DNA from: Eledone cirrhosa | Lineage: Eukaryota | Reading direction: 5' to 3' | Assembly (NCBI GenBank): GCA_964016885.1 | Contig: OZ024741.1 | Coordinates: 176,700,001-176,764,000 of the forward strand | Length of the DNA: 64,000 nt | In this document: positions 16,346 to 27,689 of the stretch, piece by piece | Layout of the letters: each line of letters opens with the position of its first letter | Position numbering within the stretch: position 1 is the stretch's first letter | Notes under the pieces: model-generated | What the model saw: only the letters and a program-made list of their open reading frames with translations | Databases searched by the model: none | What the model was told of the DNA's origin: nothing | Made by a program: the position numbers and the translations under genes

Positions 16346-17068
16346 TGTGGCGGACTGGCCAGGTTGCCAGGTGGTCCAATAGAAAGTGGGCCCCAGGGGG
16401 CTCACGGTAGCATTGCAAGAGCCCACGGTAGCATTGCAAGAGCCCACTGTAGCATTGCATGATCCACTGTAGTATTTTAGGGGTCAATACTTTGCTTTCA
16501 AAAAATACCTGAAATCTAAGCGAAATAATAAACTAAAAAATAAATAAATAAAACAATTAAGCAAAGCATTTGGTCAACCAATTCCTCGGGGAATTACTGT
16601 AAACCAAAATATACGATAGTGCAAATAGAAGGAATCAGTGGTTGTACTTTCTACTAAATCTAAAGCTTAGTGTATTCATGCATGCAAACATGCATTTATA
16701 GACACAGACACAAAAGCATATATATATATATATATAGATAGATAGATAGATATATACCCCTCCCCCACACCACCACACACACACGTATATATATATATAT
16801 ATATATATGTGTGTATATAAATACAGAGAGAGTGAGTGTGAAAATCGGAGGATCAGTATTGAAAGACTCTGGATTTCGCAAAATACATAATATATTTTAT
16901 TGGAGATGTCAGATATTTCTCCACAAAAATTTGATTGCACCGTTTTGTTTCCACACTTGTGATTCTTGTAAATGTTATTTATTCATTATAAAAATTTATT
17001 GATAGGACTCTATATGTAGGCGGGCCCCTTTCATCTGGCAACCAATATTTTAGACCTAGTCCGCCACA
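16346..17068. mobile_element. non-autonomous hAT-like DNA transposon (MITE)
   Basis: 11-bp TIR tgtggcggact / agtccgccaca; subterminal ggttgccag and gggccc at both ends; internal 21-bp repeat x3 (16403-16460); right end recurs at 22240-22452; no clear TSD. Confidence 0.65.
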
Positions 17069-17129
17069 TCATATACATATATATATATAATGCCAATCAT
17101 TGTAAGTTTGAATCTAACTGACATGCAAA

Positions 17130-17184
<55 letters not shown>

Positions 17185-17224
17185 GATATTAATAAATGGA
17201 AACTATATTTATAAAACCATATTT

Positions 17225-17287
17225 ATTTCATTATACATATTTCAGTGATACCAAATTAAACTATGGTATGCCTTCATCAGACAGAAT
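17225..17287 (-). ncRNA. type I hammerhead ribozyme (3' pLTR)
   Basis: minus strand: attctgt CTGATGA aggcatacca...tggtatcact GAAA tatgta TA atgaaat. Confidence 0.8.
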
Positions 17288-17912
17288 ACAATATATAACA
17301 GTTTTACAAATAAGCTTTGACGTACCCTTTTAAAGTGCGACCATTATTTTTGGAAGCCATCTGGATAGTGAATTGTTTATATTATTTTAATAAGTCTTAG
17401 TGTTAAGGACAATTAGAAAAAAACGGAGAGAAAGAAAAAAGACGGAGAGAGAGAAAAAAGAAAAAGAAAAAACGTGGAGAAATATCAGAGAGAGAGAAAT
17501 GCATGGAGAAATAAGGAAGAGATAAGTAAAGACAGGAGGAAAGAAAGAAAAAGGAAAAAAAGAAAAAAGGAAGGAACAAGAAAAACAGAGGAAAGCAACA
17601 GAGAGATATCAAATCAACAGACAGATAGAAAGACTGAAGAGAGAGAAATAATATATAGACAGAGGGGGAGATAATGAAAACTTTACGTCATGTCATATTA
17701 AGTTGAGTTAACAATTTATATGAAATGAATAATAAAAATATAAATATTAATATTCATGAATGGGACATAAATATATAATATGAGAAATTAAACATTGTTT
17801 AATATTGATTATATGTTTAGTTTAAAAATTGAGATCATTATACTAAAATTTGAGTTTAAGCATCCAAAATGTACACATTGCTAGAGAAACCACTATCTTA
17901 CGGCAAATATAC

Positions 17913-17950
<38 letters not shown>

Positions 17951-18704
17951 GCACATCCTGAAAATAGAAATTATATCTACTCAAGCCTACAATATAGACA
18001 TACAAAACACAAATGATTTCTCTTAATCACTGCTATACATTCCTTGTGTTATAAAAAATTCACAGTATATATACATAAATATATACGATTAACATTCATG
18101 CCTTCAGATATACGATTACCATTCATGCATTTAACATTCTGTTAAAATTATGCATATCTGCAATCAAAACTGTGTGGGTAGGCATGCACACACATAACTC
18201 TCACCCACACAATACATATACATATATATATATACACATACACATATGTATAAACAAATATTTGCGTGCGTCTTCACCAATTGTTAGACCCACATCACTC
18301 ATGTACACAAAAAGACAGATATACAATCACAAAAAAACATATAACACTTTTATATGCATGTTAATACACACATACATATGTGTATAGAGATAATCAAATA
18401 TCAATATATTACTAAAGGATTATACTTTGGAAATATAATTATAACAATATAAATTTAAAATACCAAAGGATTACATTTTGGAAATACAATTATATCAGTA
18501 TAGTCTAAAGGACAAACGAATTCTAGAAATATCAAAACACTAAATATCTTTAAAACACTATAGAGTATCTTAAGTTAAAATAATATGTTTCATATATTTA
18601 GTATAGAAATTTTTCCTACGTATATTTCAATCAAGATATTGAAAGGGTAGACTTATGAAAATTATGAGAACCTATCAGAATCAAAACAAACCTAATAAAA
18701 ATAA

Positions 18705-19000
18705 ATAAAAATAAGAATAAAAATAAAAATAAAAATAAAAATAAAAATAAAAATAAAAATAAAAATAAAAATAAAACTAAAAATAAAAATAAAAATAAAA
18801 ATAAAAATAAAAATAAAAATAAAAATAAAAATAAAAATAAAAATAAAAATAAAAATAAAAATAAAAGTTAAATAAATATTATATCAATATAATTTAAAAA
18901 TTTGAAAATTTAAAAAGTTTAAAAAATAAAAAAATAAAAAAATAAAAAAATTAAAAAATTAAAAAATTAAAAAATTAAAAAATTAAAAAAAATTTTAAAA
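18705..19000. repeat. (AAAAAT)n and (AAAAAATT)n tracts inside the PLE 3' UTR
   Basis: direct reading. Confidence 0.9.
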
Positions 19001-19209
19001 AAGCCAAGGATTCTACAGATATCCTTATATTTAGTATAGAAATTTATCTTACGTATATTTTATTTAAGACATTGGAAGTATAGACATTTTAGAGTAGTTT
19101 ATTATATCTATGTTTATATTTAGGAAGAAATTTAAAAAGAAAAAGGTGAAGGAATCTAATGATTTATCGACAGGTTTCATATATTAACTAAATTACTTAA
19201 TTAATTATA

Positions 19210-21213
19210 CTACATTTTAAATTTATATTTATATTTAAACGTTGAGTTCAATCTATGTCTGCAGCAACTGAATAAATTATTCCTTAAATTAATGGAATTT
19301 TTGGACTTTAATATAAAGAATATTTGTTCAATACAAAGATCACACTTTTCTGAAGAGGAATTAAAAGGAGTAGCTTTGGAAATAATATTCCAAGTCATCG
19401 AATATTTAACATTATCTCGTTTTAGGTCCCATAGTAGGCTAGATAGCGAAGTTGAAGATTTTTTGTTTGGATCTGTGAAAGAATTTTTATGATTATTGAA
19501 GCGAAATTTAAATTCTGTAGAGGTAGAACCGAAATAGTTAAATGAATTTAAATTAGTTTTAACATTACAATTGTACACTACATTTTTAGCTAAGCAGTTG
19601 TTATTTAACGGACATTTAGATTTATTTCTACAGTTATAGTTATTCAATTGAATATTGCTTGGGTTATTATTGGTATTTTGGTTAGGTTTTAAGTTTCTAT
19701 TATAAATTCTATTAATATTTTATGCTAAATGTTTGGTGGACGAGTACGTTAATTTTATAGTTTGTCTATTAAAAATTGAGTAATATTTATGTGTTCTAGG
19801 GAAGCGTTTGTCAAGAGCTTTAAAGAATAGTTTAGCAATAGGGGTTTTAATATTTAGTGAGAAAGGGGGAGCAAACCATAATATATTTCTAGTTCTATTT
19901 CTTTTTCGGCTTTTGGAATTATTGTAATGTTTTCTATTATAGTTGTTAAAGTTGTTACCATAATTAAAATTGTTATTATTTTGGTTAGTTTGCTTATTAT
20001 TATTATTGTCGATGTATTTAATTTTATTTCTATATCCAGCTCTACCTAACGCTTCGTTGTAATACTGCGCTTTTTCATCAAATATATTTTTATTACATGA
20101 AATTCTTGAAATTCGTTCTTGAACAGAGTTCACAATTGTATTTTTAACAGATCTGGGGTGATTAGAGTTAAAATTAACATAATTCAAGTTTTCATTGAGT
20201 TTGTGAAATGGATAATGAAGACATGTGTTGAGATTTAGTGTTACATCTAGAAAATTGACTATTTTATGGTTATTCTCTATTTCTACTTTTAGATTAAGGT
20301 AATTAAAAAATTGTATAATTTATTTTCTTTTTCTATTTAGTTCACAGCTATTATTTTGTATAAGTAAAAGCATGTCATCACGATATAAGCCTCCGGTTAC
20401 ACCTGGTATTTTTCTATGTAGCGAATTAATTATAAATAGGCCCACAAGGTCCGTTACCTGGGCTGAGTCTGATGATCCCATAGTTATGTCGAAATTATTA
20501 TTTCTATCTGCCCTAGTCCAGAGTTGGTTATTAAATTCTATCAATGTTTTCCTTGCCGATAATATAATGTGCATTTCATTGCTAGTTAGGTCTGTATGAT
20601 TAAATGCGTAATTTAGTGCCTTATTCAGTAGTTTAGGAGTGATAGATGAATAGTAGTTAGCAATATCCAGCTGAATAAACTTATTATAGTTATATTTAAT
20701 TTCTTTAAACCAATCGATAACCTCACTAGTCCCTTTCCATAATTTTAAGTAAGATAAATTAGGTAAGTTTTTAATTTGTTGTATTACTCTGTCTAGAATA
20801 TTTTTGCTAAGTTTGCCCAGGTCAGATTTAGATGGTGCAATTAATCTGACTGGTAAATCATTTTCAAAGTTTCTTTTGTGATCCTTCATATTGATCTTAG
20901 GTTTTCTTGGCATGAAGGGTTGTGTTTTATTCTGAATGTCTAATTCATGCATTATACAAGATGCATCTGTATTCAGTTTTTCAAGTTCGTCCTTATTTGC
21001 TACCTTGTACTTTTTCCTTAGTTCCTTCAATATAAGGTCGTTATAAATGTCCTTTTGTATTCCATAAAGATTATTAGTTTTGTCCGACTTCACTAGAATT
21101 TTCTCTGTTTTCTCCAAGATTTCAATATTATCCTTAATACTTCTTAAGTAATCCTGGCCTTTGAAGTTTTTTTTGAATTTGATGCCTTGGATGATAGATA
21201 TGATATCATTTTC
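19210..21213 (-). pseudogene. disrupted PLE ORF: reverse transcriptase + GIY-YIG endonuclease
   Basis: ORFs 20320-21117 (KSDKT, QLDIANYYSSI, TMGSSDS, GLYRDD), 19720-20187 (SNHP thumb, LWFAPPFS linker), 19210-19647 (NCRNKSKCPL, VVY...YFGST, CDLC, CRH); NFLDVT between the first two. Confidence 0.92.
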
Positions 21214-21327
21214 ACTAAGACTTATTAAAATAATATAAACAATTCACTATCCAGATGGCTTCCAAAAATAATGGTCGCACTTTAAAAGGGTACGTCAAAG
21301 CTTATTTGTAAAACTGTTATATATTGT

Positions 21328-21390
21328 ATTTTGTCTGATGAAGGCATACCATAATTTAATTTGGTATCCCTGAAATATGTATAATGAAAT
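21328..21390 (+). ncRNA. type I hammerhead ribozyme (inverted 5' pLTR)
   Basis: attttgt CTGATGA aggcatacca...tggtatccct GAAA tatgta TA atgaaat. Confidence 0.82.
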
Positions 21391-21679
21391 AAATATGGTT
21401 TTATAAATATAGTTTCCATTTATTAATATCGTATATCTACTCCAAATACTTGTCGAGTGCTTTATATCAGTTATAAAAATATTTACTTGTTGTATCCCAA
21501 CAATTTTAAATATAACTTTTGCATATATATATATAGATATATATATAGGAATAAGAAATAAGGAGGGGAAGAAATGAAGTGCAGCGGAAATGAAACATGG
21601 ATTGCAGGATAAAATATAGTCTAGATAGATGAGAAACAAAACGAGGATGTAGTTTATTGAACACGCAATTGATTTAGAA

Positions 21680-22117
21680 GTCGACCTTAAGTAGGAGCAA
21701 TAACATTAAGAAAGGCATGAACGACACCACATCATTTTGTTTTGAAAACTTTGAAAGTAGGTTTATAAGTATGCAGTTTTATAAGATTTTCGTAGTTGTT
21801 TCTGTGGCCTAGCGGTAGGTACTAGAGACGGTGTAGATCCTGGCCTTAGGTTCAATTCTGGTCAAGAGATACATGTAGCCTTTTTCAGTTTTTATTTTAC
21901 AACCCATAGAAAAAACTGAAAAGGTTTACTGGGAATCATACTCCCGACCAGGATCGAACTTCAGACCAGGACTATGATTCCTCCCACTAGGCTACCGAGA
22001 CAACTACAAAAGTGCAATGGAAATTGATAATTATAAACCTACTGTCAAAATCAAAGTTAAAAAGATGTGGTGTCGTTTATGGCTTTCCTAGAGCTTTTAG
22101 TAATATTTAGGGTCGAC
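21680..22117. mobile_element. degenerate fold-back element made of two converging tRNA-like heads
   Basis: terminal gtcgacc/ggtcgac; arms aacgacaccacatc/gatgtggtgtcgtt, agtaggtttataa/ttataaacctact, gtagttgt/acaactac; A and B boxes on both strands. Confidence 0.6.
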
Positions 22118-22157
22118 TGCTGGTCATTATTGAAAGTCTCATTATTGAAATTCAACC

Positions 22158-22243
22158 TCAAATCCCGCCGGGGTAGATAAAATAAAGTACCAGTAATACA
22201 CTGGGTAATTGATGGCCTTGTGCCAAAAGTAGAAACAATTATT
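22158..22243 (+). mobile_element. truncated, internally deleted SINE, family A
   Basis: tcaaatcccgccg...gataaaataaagtaccagt...gtagaaacaatt; flanking attattgaaat duplicated. Confidence 0.75.
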
Positions 22244-22452
22244 GAAATCTCTGGATTTCGCAAAATAGATAATATATTTTATTGGAGAAGGTAAGAAATT
22301 TTTCCACAAAAGTTTCATTGTACTGTTTTGTTTCCAGTTACGTATTTTTCGAAAATGTTATTTATTCATTCTGAAAATTGAATCATAGCATTCTATATGT
22401 AGGTGGGCCCTCTTCATCTGGCAACCAATATTTTTAGACCCAGTCCGCCACT
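22240..22452. mobile_element. second right-end copy of the hAT-like MITE
   Basis: direct diverged repeat of 16858-17068, ending cagtccgccact. Confidence 0.7.
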
Positions 22453-23221
22453 CTGTGCGTTATTACCCATATAAACCGTCGTATTGTTTCTATTCTTAAC
22501 ATAGATACAATTTGCTACCATATGACTACGCAACAAGTTTTGGCCTCGATATGTGTTAAGCGTTTCACTTATTTTAAGTTCGGATTGATCTTTTAAAACT
22601 TTATCTCAGTACGAACTCTCTGAATATATTATATCATTTTTGGGTACTTGCCAAGCGTAGTATATCTTGCTCTACAGTATCCAATGCCTTCTCACCTTTT
22701 GGGACATTAAGTGTCATTTGAGAGAGATGTGCTTGTTATAACTAGCAGTTTGATCGAGTTACCAGTCTGTCATTGCTTTTACAATAATGAACCGAGGCAT
22801 GCAACACAAATTGTATAAGGGATACTGAGTTAAAGTCACTATATCATGAAGGTACATAATTTCAAATATATCATCACATATTTCTTGGCAGTGACGTTTA
22901 TATTAAAGTAACTCTATAGATAACTGCCAGGAGGAAGGATAATATTATTTATTCTATGCCTCCGTCCGACAAATATAGCTTTACTTATCATTAGGAGGTG
23001 TGTGGCAAAATAGATTATAAACGCCATTGGTAAGATATTTCCCTGGAAATGTTCGTTACGGTGTCCGTATATTTACCGAGAAAACCTAGAGGCAAAGATA
23101 TATCTGAGAATAAAACAAATGCGAACGGCTGATTTTGTCATTATAATATCACGCCTACGACGTTACTCATATTGTTTTGCATCTATCAGGATATTCAGCT
23201 GAAAATGATTAACAGCAATAG

Positions 23222-23345
23222 ATGGGCGTTAACCCTGCGATGGAAGGGCCTCCTGTCTAGGAGGGGGAGTCTTCTATTCTGAGTCGCTTCCGGGCAACGA
23301 AGGTACCCGCCTGATGAGCCTCCGATCTCGGAACAGGTTTTAGTT
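23222..23345 (+). mobile_element. SINE remnant resembling the conserved Deu/Nin central domain
   Basis: taaccctgcgatgga...agggggagt...agtcgcttc...gcctgatgagcc matches my recollection of invertebrate Deu/Nin-type SINE bodies; assignment not verified by search. Confidence 0.5.
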
Positions 23346-23837
23346 TTAACATGTTATATATATATATTAACATATATATATATATGTTTGTGTATGTGTG
23401 TGTGTTTTTATTTGTTTGTGTGTGCTTGTGTGTGGGTTTGTGTATATGCATATTTCTTCTTGTTCACCTACATATTCCTGGGATGGTCGTGGAAGAAAGT
23501 TCTTAAGCTCTACTTCTAGCTGGTCTTGTCTGCAACCGACTAGACCCCCAAGCGAAACTGGCCGATATCGTGGATGCTATTCAACAACCTTGCATCTTGA
23601 TGGCGTAGGGCAGAAAAACGAGAGACATAAAATAACAAATCAGTCACCGAGGAGATCACACGATGTGTGACGAAAGCGCTTTGTCATTAAATAAACAACC
23701 ATCTGGTTATTGAATCAAGCAACCCAAAATTTGTAATAAATTGAAGTGAAAATCAACAGTCACGCGTGTCTTTACTGGCAACATGATCATTCCAAAGTAT
23801 AACAATACATTTACACTATATATATATATATACACTG

Positions 23838-23999
23838 TGGTTGGCGCTATGAAGGTCATTCAGCTGTAGAAACCAGCCTCAAATCAGTTCTGTACGAGCA
23901 AGGACTGGTCACCGAGGTGGCTCGTCTCACAAGGTGAGAACACATTTAACCATTGCTAGCGTGGATAAATGTACGTTAAATGGTAATGTACGTTAAATG

Positions 24000-24003
<4 letters not shown>
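23838..24003 (+). mobile_element. SINE 3' half resembling Meta-domain SINEs with an RTE-like tail
   Basis: tggttggcgctatgaaggtcattcagctgtagaaac resembles ggttggcgtcaggaagggcatccagccgtaaaa; tail acgttaaatggt duplicated. Confidence 0.5.
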
Positions 24004-24047
<44 letters not shown>

Positions 24048-24885
24048 CACATATGAACTCCTTCTAAATGCATCCACTTCGGACGAAGCTACAGCTGGAA
24101 CACTCTAAAATTAGCACCTGGACAAATTAACACTTTGGCATTCGAACCGGCCCTGTCCGGCCGCAGTTCTCTCGCCTCTTTCAGTTCAGACTAGCTGTGG
24201 CCGGCTACTCATGCTGATGATGGGGTGGTGTTCTCGGGGTGAATAATATCGGGGTCTCATAGACTGAATATTGTGTGATATAATTATGTAGGATAGAACA
24301 TTTACTGTGATAATATGATGTTATAAGTGGAGTGATGTAAATGCTGGAAGGTTAAAGAAACCTTTTAGAATGACCCACAATGTAACAATGCCAGTATTTT
24401 AGATAGGAATACGAAGATAAATATTTTTAGAAGCAATTACTACCTCAGTCAACTCAAAGGTCACTCAATCATCTAAACCAATACCACATACAGCTTACCT
24501 TTACCATCATTAACAGTGACTCTATCACCACTACAGCTGCTTGCCGACTCCTACTCCACACACCGCTTCTCCGTCTCCCACTTCCTTACCATAGCCCTGG
24601 TATTACTACCACACCTATCCCCTGTCGCTCCCTCGCCTTCTTCGTAGCCTCCTTCTTCTTCGCCTACTACTTATTTTCCCCCTTCCTCACTTCTTCTCCT
24701 TCCTTCCGTTTCCCTTTCTCCCCCCACTACTCACAGTCGAAGCCAACAATCGAAGCCAAGAAAAGAATCTGCTACCACCTTTTTTGGTCAACACTAACAA
24801 AACTACGGACAAAAATATGAACTTTCCTCTCTAAATATGTATGTCACAACTAAAACAAATGTTCTCCTTTATTATTATTCGTATA

Positions 24886-24999
24886 GTCTGAGTTCAAATC
24901 CCACCGAGGTTAACTTTGATTTCATGATTACGGGGTCGATAAAATAAAGTACCAGTAATACACTGGTTAATTGCTGGCCTTGTGCCAAAGGTAGAAACA
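24886..24999 (+). mobile_element. 5'-truncated SINE, family A, with 15-bp TSD
   Basis: TSD attattattcgtata at 24871-24885 and 25000-25014. Confidence 0.9.
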
Positions 25000-25041
25000 A
25001 TTATTATTCGTATAAATATACAATTTAACTGCACTATACAC

Positions 25042-25096
25042 TTCCGTCGTTGAAAACGCATATAAAGCTGAAACCGGTACTCGATTAAATGCGGAA
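25042..25096 (+). ncRNA. hammerhead-like motif, U3:A8 variant (degenerate stems)
   Basis: ttccgtcg TTGAAAA cgc-atataaa-gct GAAA ccgg TA ctcga...cggaa. Confidence 0.5.
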
Positions 25097-25301
25097 ATAC
25101 CTACTTTATAAATAAATGTTTTGATGTTATACTGAAAAAATCCCTCTAGCATTATCTACTGTATTTTTTTCCTTTTTACTATTTATATATATAGTCTGCC
25201 TTCCATCGTATATATATATATATATATATAAATTAAAATAAAATAAAATAATTAGGTCAAATATGTAAAATTTGACTTCGTTTATTATAAATTATAGATA
25301 T

Positions 25302-25356
25302 ACTGCAATATATATTTCGGTGACAGCCATCATTGGCTGTGACCTCTTCAGGCAGT
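25302..25356 (-). ncRNA. type I hammerhead ribozyme
   Basis: minus strand: actgc CTGAAGA ggtcacagcca-atga-tggctgtcacc GAAA tatata TT gcagt. Confidence 0.8.
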
Positions 25357-25573
25357 CCGAATTGGTGTAGGAAAAACAGGTACACATGTTGTAGTTGTTC
25401 AAGTGTGTTTTACTTCGTAAATACATCGATATGTCCAGCTCCTGGTTGTGTTTCTATTCTTTTAAGGAGCTGGAATCATAAACAACACAACCAGAAGCTG
25501 GATATATCGATGTATTGACGGAGTAAAACACACTTGAACAACATGTGTACCTGTCTTTCCCACCCAAATTCGG

Positions 25574-25628
25574 ACTGCCTGAAGAGTACACAGCCAATGA
25601 TGGCTGTCACCAAAATATATATAGCAGT
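25574..25628 (+). ncRNA. hammerhead copy with G12A mutation (probably inactive)
   Basis: actgc CTGAAGA gtacacagcca...tggctgtcacc AAAA tatata TA gcagt. Confidence 0.65.
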
Positions 25629-25786
25629 ATATCTATAATTTATAATAAACGAAGACAAATTTTATATATTTGACTTAATTATTTTAAATTACTCCAGAGT
25701 AAAAAAAAAACCTGTGTACTCCGTTGAGTGCTCCAATCTGCATAATGAGGTGTTGGTAAACAGCCAACATATGCTAAAAGAAGAAA

Positions 25787-25835
<49 letters not shown>

Positions 25836-25836
<1 letters not shown>

Positions 25837-25886
25837 GCTTCTACAGGACTAGAACTGTTTCATTCGTGAGAAATCATCAGGAAGCT
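25836..25886 (-). ncRNA. type I hammerhead ribozyme
   Basis: minus strand: agcttc CTGATGA tttc-tcac-gaat GAAA cag-ttctagtc-ctg TA gaagct. Confidence 0.8.
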
Positions 25887-26749
25887 GGCTGTCCAAGTAA
25901 ATGGTAGTATATATGTCGTTCGTTCTCTGCTGGTAGGAGAGGGTGGGGATTGGGATGGGTGTAGGTCATTGGTTGAAGGATTTAAAGAAAGGGGATTCAT
26001 TAAAAGCTAATTCTTTAAAGCTATAATATTAACAAAGGCAGAACGAATACTGTAAAGAAGTTCAAAATTGGAATAACACTCCTTCTTTATCACTTAGACT
26101 AACAATGCCCGTAAGACAGGTGTCTAGATGATGGGTGGGGTTTAATGGTTTAAAGAAAAGGGAAATTCTTTAAGGCTAAAATGAGGGTGACAAAGGCAGA
26201 AAAGGTTCCATCAACTGATTTAAGTGTTGGGGTGAACCCCCTATAGTGAAGTTTCTCTACTTCCTCTCCCCCACTTACACATGTACACACACTTACACGC
26301 AGGCACGCATGTGTACGAATGTAAGTGGGCGCATGTGTGAATGTGTTTGTCGATACCTGGAATATATATTAAGAGAAACGTCACCATAGGGGGTTCACCC
26401 CAACACTTGAATCTGTTGATGGAACCTTTTTTGCCTTTGTCACCCTCATTGTTAGTCTTAAAGAATTAGCTTCTAAGGAATTTCCTTTTTCTTTAAACAG
26501 TTGAACCCCACCCATCCTTACAAGCATTGTTAGTCTAAGCGATAAATAAGGAGTGTTATTCCAATTTTGAACTTGTTTACAGTAGGTATTCTTTCTGCCT
26601 TTGTTAATATTATAGCTTTAAAAAATTAGCTTTTAATGAATCCCCTTTCTTTAAATCCTTCAACCAATGACCTACACCCATCCCAATCCCCACCCTCTCC
26701 TACCACCAGATAAGGAAAGACATAAATACTACCATTTACTTGGACAGCC

Positions 26750-26800
26750 AGCTTCCTGATGATTTCTCACGAATGAAACAGTTCTAGTCCTGTAGAAGCT
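26750..26800 (+). ncRNA. type I hammerhead ribozyme
   Basis: identical motif on the plus strand: agcttc CTGATGA...GAAA cag...ctg TA gaagct. Confidence 0.8.
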
Positions 26801-26914
26801 CTTCTATATTAAAACTTTTATTCTCTGCTATGTATTGCGTACCTTACTTACTGTGGTTACCTCCGATTCAACCCGGAATAACTTATATATATATATATAT
26901 ATTATATATATAAT

Positions 26915-26946
26915 AAGAAAGAAGAGTGAAATGGCTGGCTATAACT

Positions 26947-26979
<33 letters not shown>

Positions 26980-27298
26980 ACAAGAAAGAAGAGTGACATG
27001 GTTGGCTATACAATAAGGGCTTCATTCACATTGCTGACAATTGTTTCTTTGATCTGGTACGTCTAGAGTTCGTTACTCGCTTGATGTTGCGTCAATCGAT
27101 CTCCAATACTTTGTTTATAACCAGTCGCTTTCATCTGAGCGTGTGAAACTACATAGAAATCACCGCGAACTCGCAGCATCACTATGGAAACATCTTGTTG
27201 AGTCAAACTAGGCCATACGTTAATACCATCCACTACACGGAGTACTCTAACTGGACTACATCTAAGTGGACTACCTATAAGGATAACCTGTTATCCCG

Positions 27299-27303
<5 letters not shown>
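26915..27303. mobile_element. PLE pLTR fragment with 5' inversion (same family as 44195-44860)
   Basis: 26982-27145 matches 44349-44510 directly while 27150-27300 matches 44197-44330 inverted; flanked by (TA)n. Confidence 0.75.
27033..27140 (-). ncRNA. long-stem-II hammerhead, U4A mutated
   Basis: minus strand: gct CAGATGA [83 nt] GAAA caattg TC agc. Confidence 0.6.
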
Positions 27304-27386
<83 letters not shown>

Positions 27387-27689
27387 GATGGTAGGCAGAC
27401 TTTTGAGAAGTGATTCTAGAGCGGGGAAATCTTACATGCATTAATTTCAGTCTAGAATATCTATTCCTGAGCCGAAGGAACTCACATGCCAACTTGAATT
27501 GGACATGATTGGTTCTCTGGTTAAGTGCATTGGCGACAGAGATAATAAAAAAACGACTTATGTTATATATAGAGAGATTAAGGTTATTAATCTTTGACCT
27601 TTTGCACAATAACTGATTTCCTCTATCATAATTTGATGAAGTCTTGTTCACAAATAATGAAGAAAGGTTTAATTTTGTTTACTTTGTAA

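Larger units (their letters stand above)
17183..21525 (-). mobile_element. Penelope-like retroelement, 5'-truncated, with 3' pLTR and inverted 5' pLTR, inserted in (TA)n
   Basis: RT + GIY-YIG ORF fragments on the minus strand; 21214-21435 is an inverted copy of 17183-17402; both pLTRs carry HHRs; TA tracts on both sides. Confidence 0.92.
24330..25190 (+). mobile_element. decayed PLE 3' end (GIY-YIG C-terminus, pyrimidine-rich UTR, HHR-like motif) interrupted by a SINE
   Basis: ILDRN...IFLEAIT-like remnant ~24395-24440; C/T-rich UTR; HHR-like motif at 25042-25096; ends in TA. Confidence 0.4.
25245..25686. mobile_element. fold-back PLE pLTR insertion (~210-bp inverted arms, ~25-nt spacer)
   Basis: arms 25245-25457 and 25483-25686 are reverse complements; each holds an HHR. 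Confidence 0.85.
25836..26885. mobile_element. fold-back PLE pLTR insertion (~420-bp inverted arms, ~110-nt spacer) in (TA)n
   Basis: 25836-26258 is reverse-complementary to 26372-26800; the right arm continues into a 3' tail up to the TA tract. Confidence 0.9.

Noticed and set aside
16858-22452. Direct repeats 16858-17068 and 22240-22452 as LTRs or TSDs of the enclosed PLE
   Set aside because: Too diverged and not adjacent to the PLE ends; both end in a DNA-transposon TIR, so they are independent MITE copies.
23311-23340. CTGATGAG...CGGAAC as a hammerhead
   Set aside because: No stem I or III pairing; explained as the 3' part of a Deu/Nin-like SINE.
24076-24105. CGGACGA-agct..agct-GGAA hammerhead-like motif
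   Set aside because: Two core mismatches; no stem I or III.
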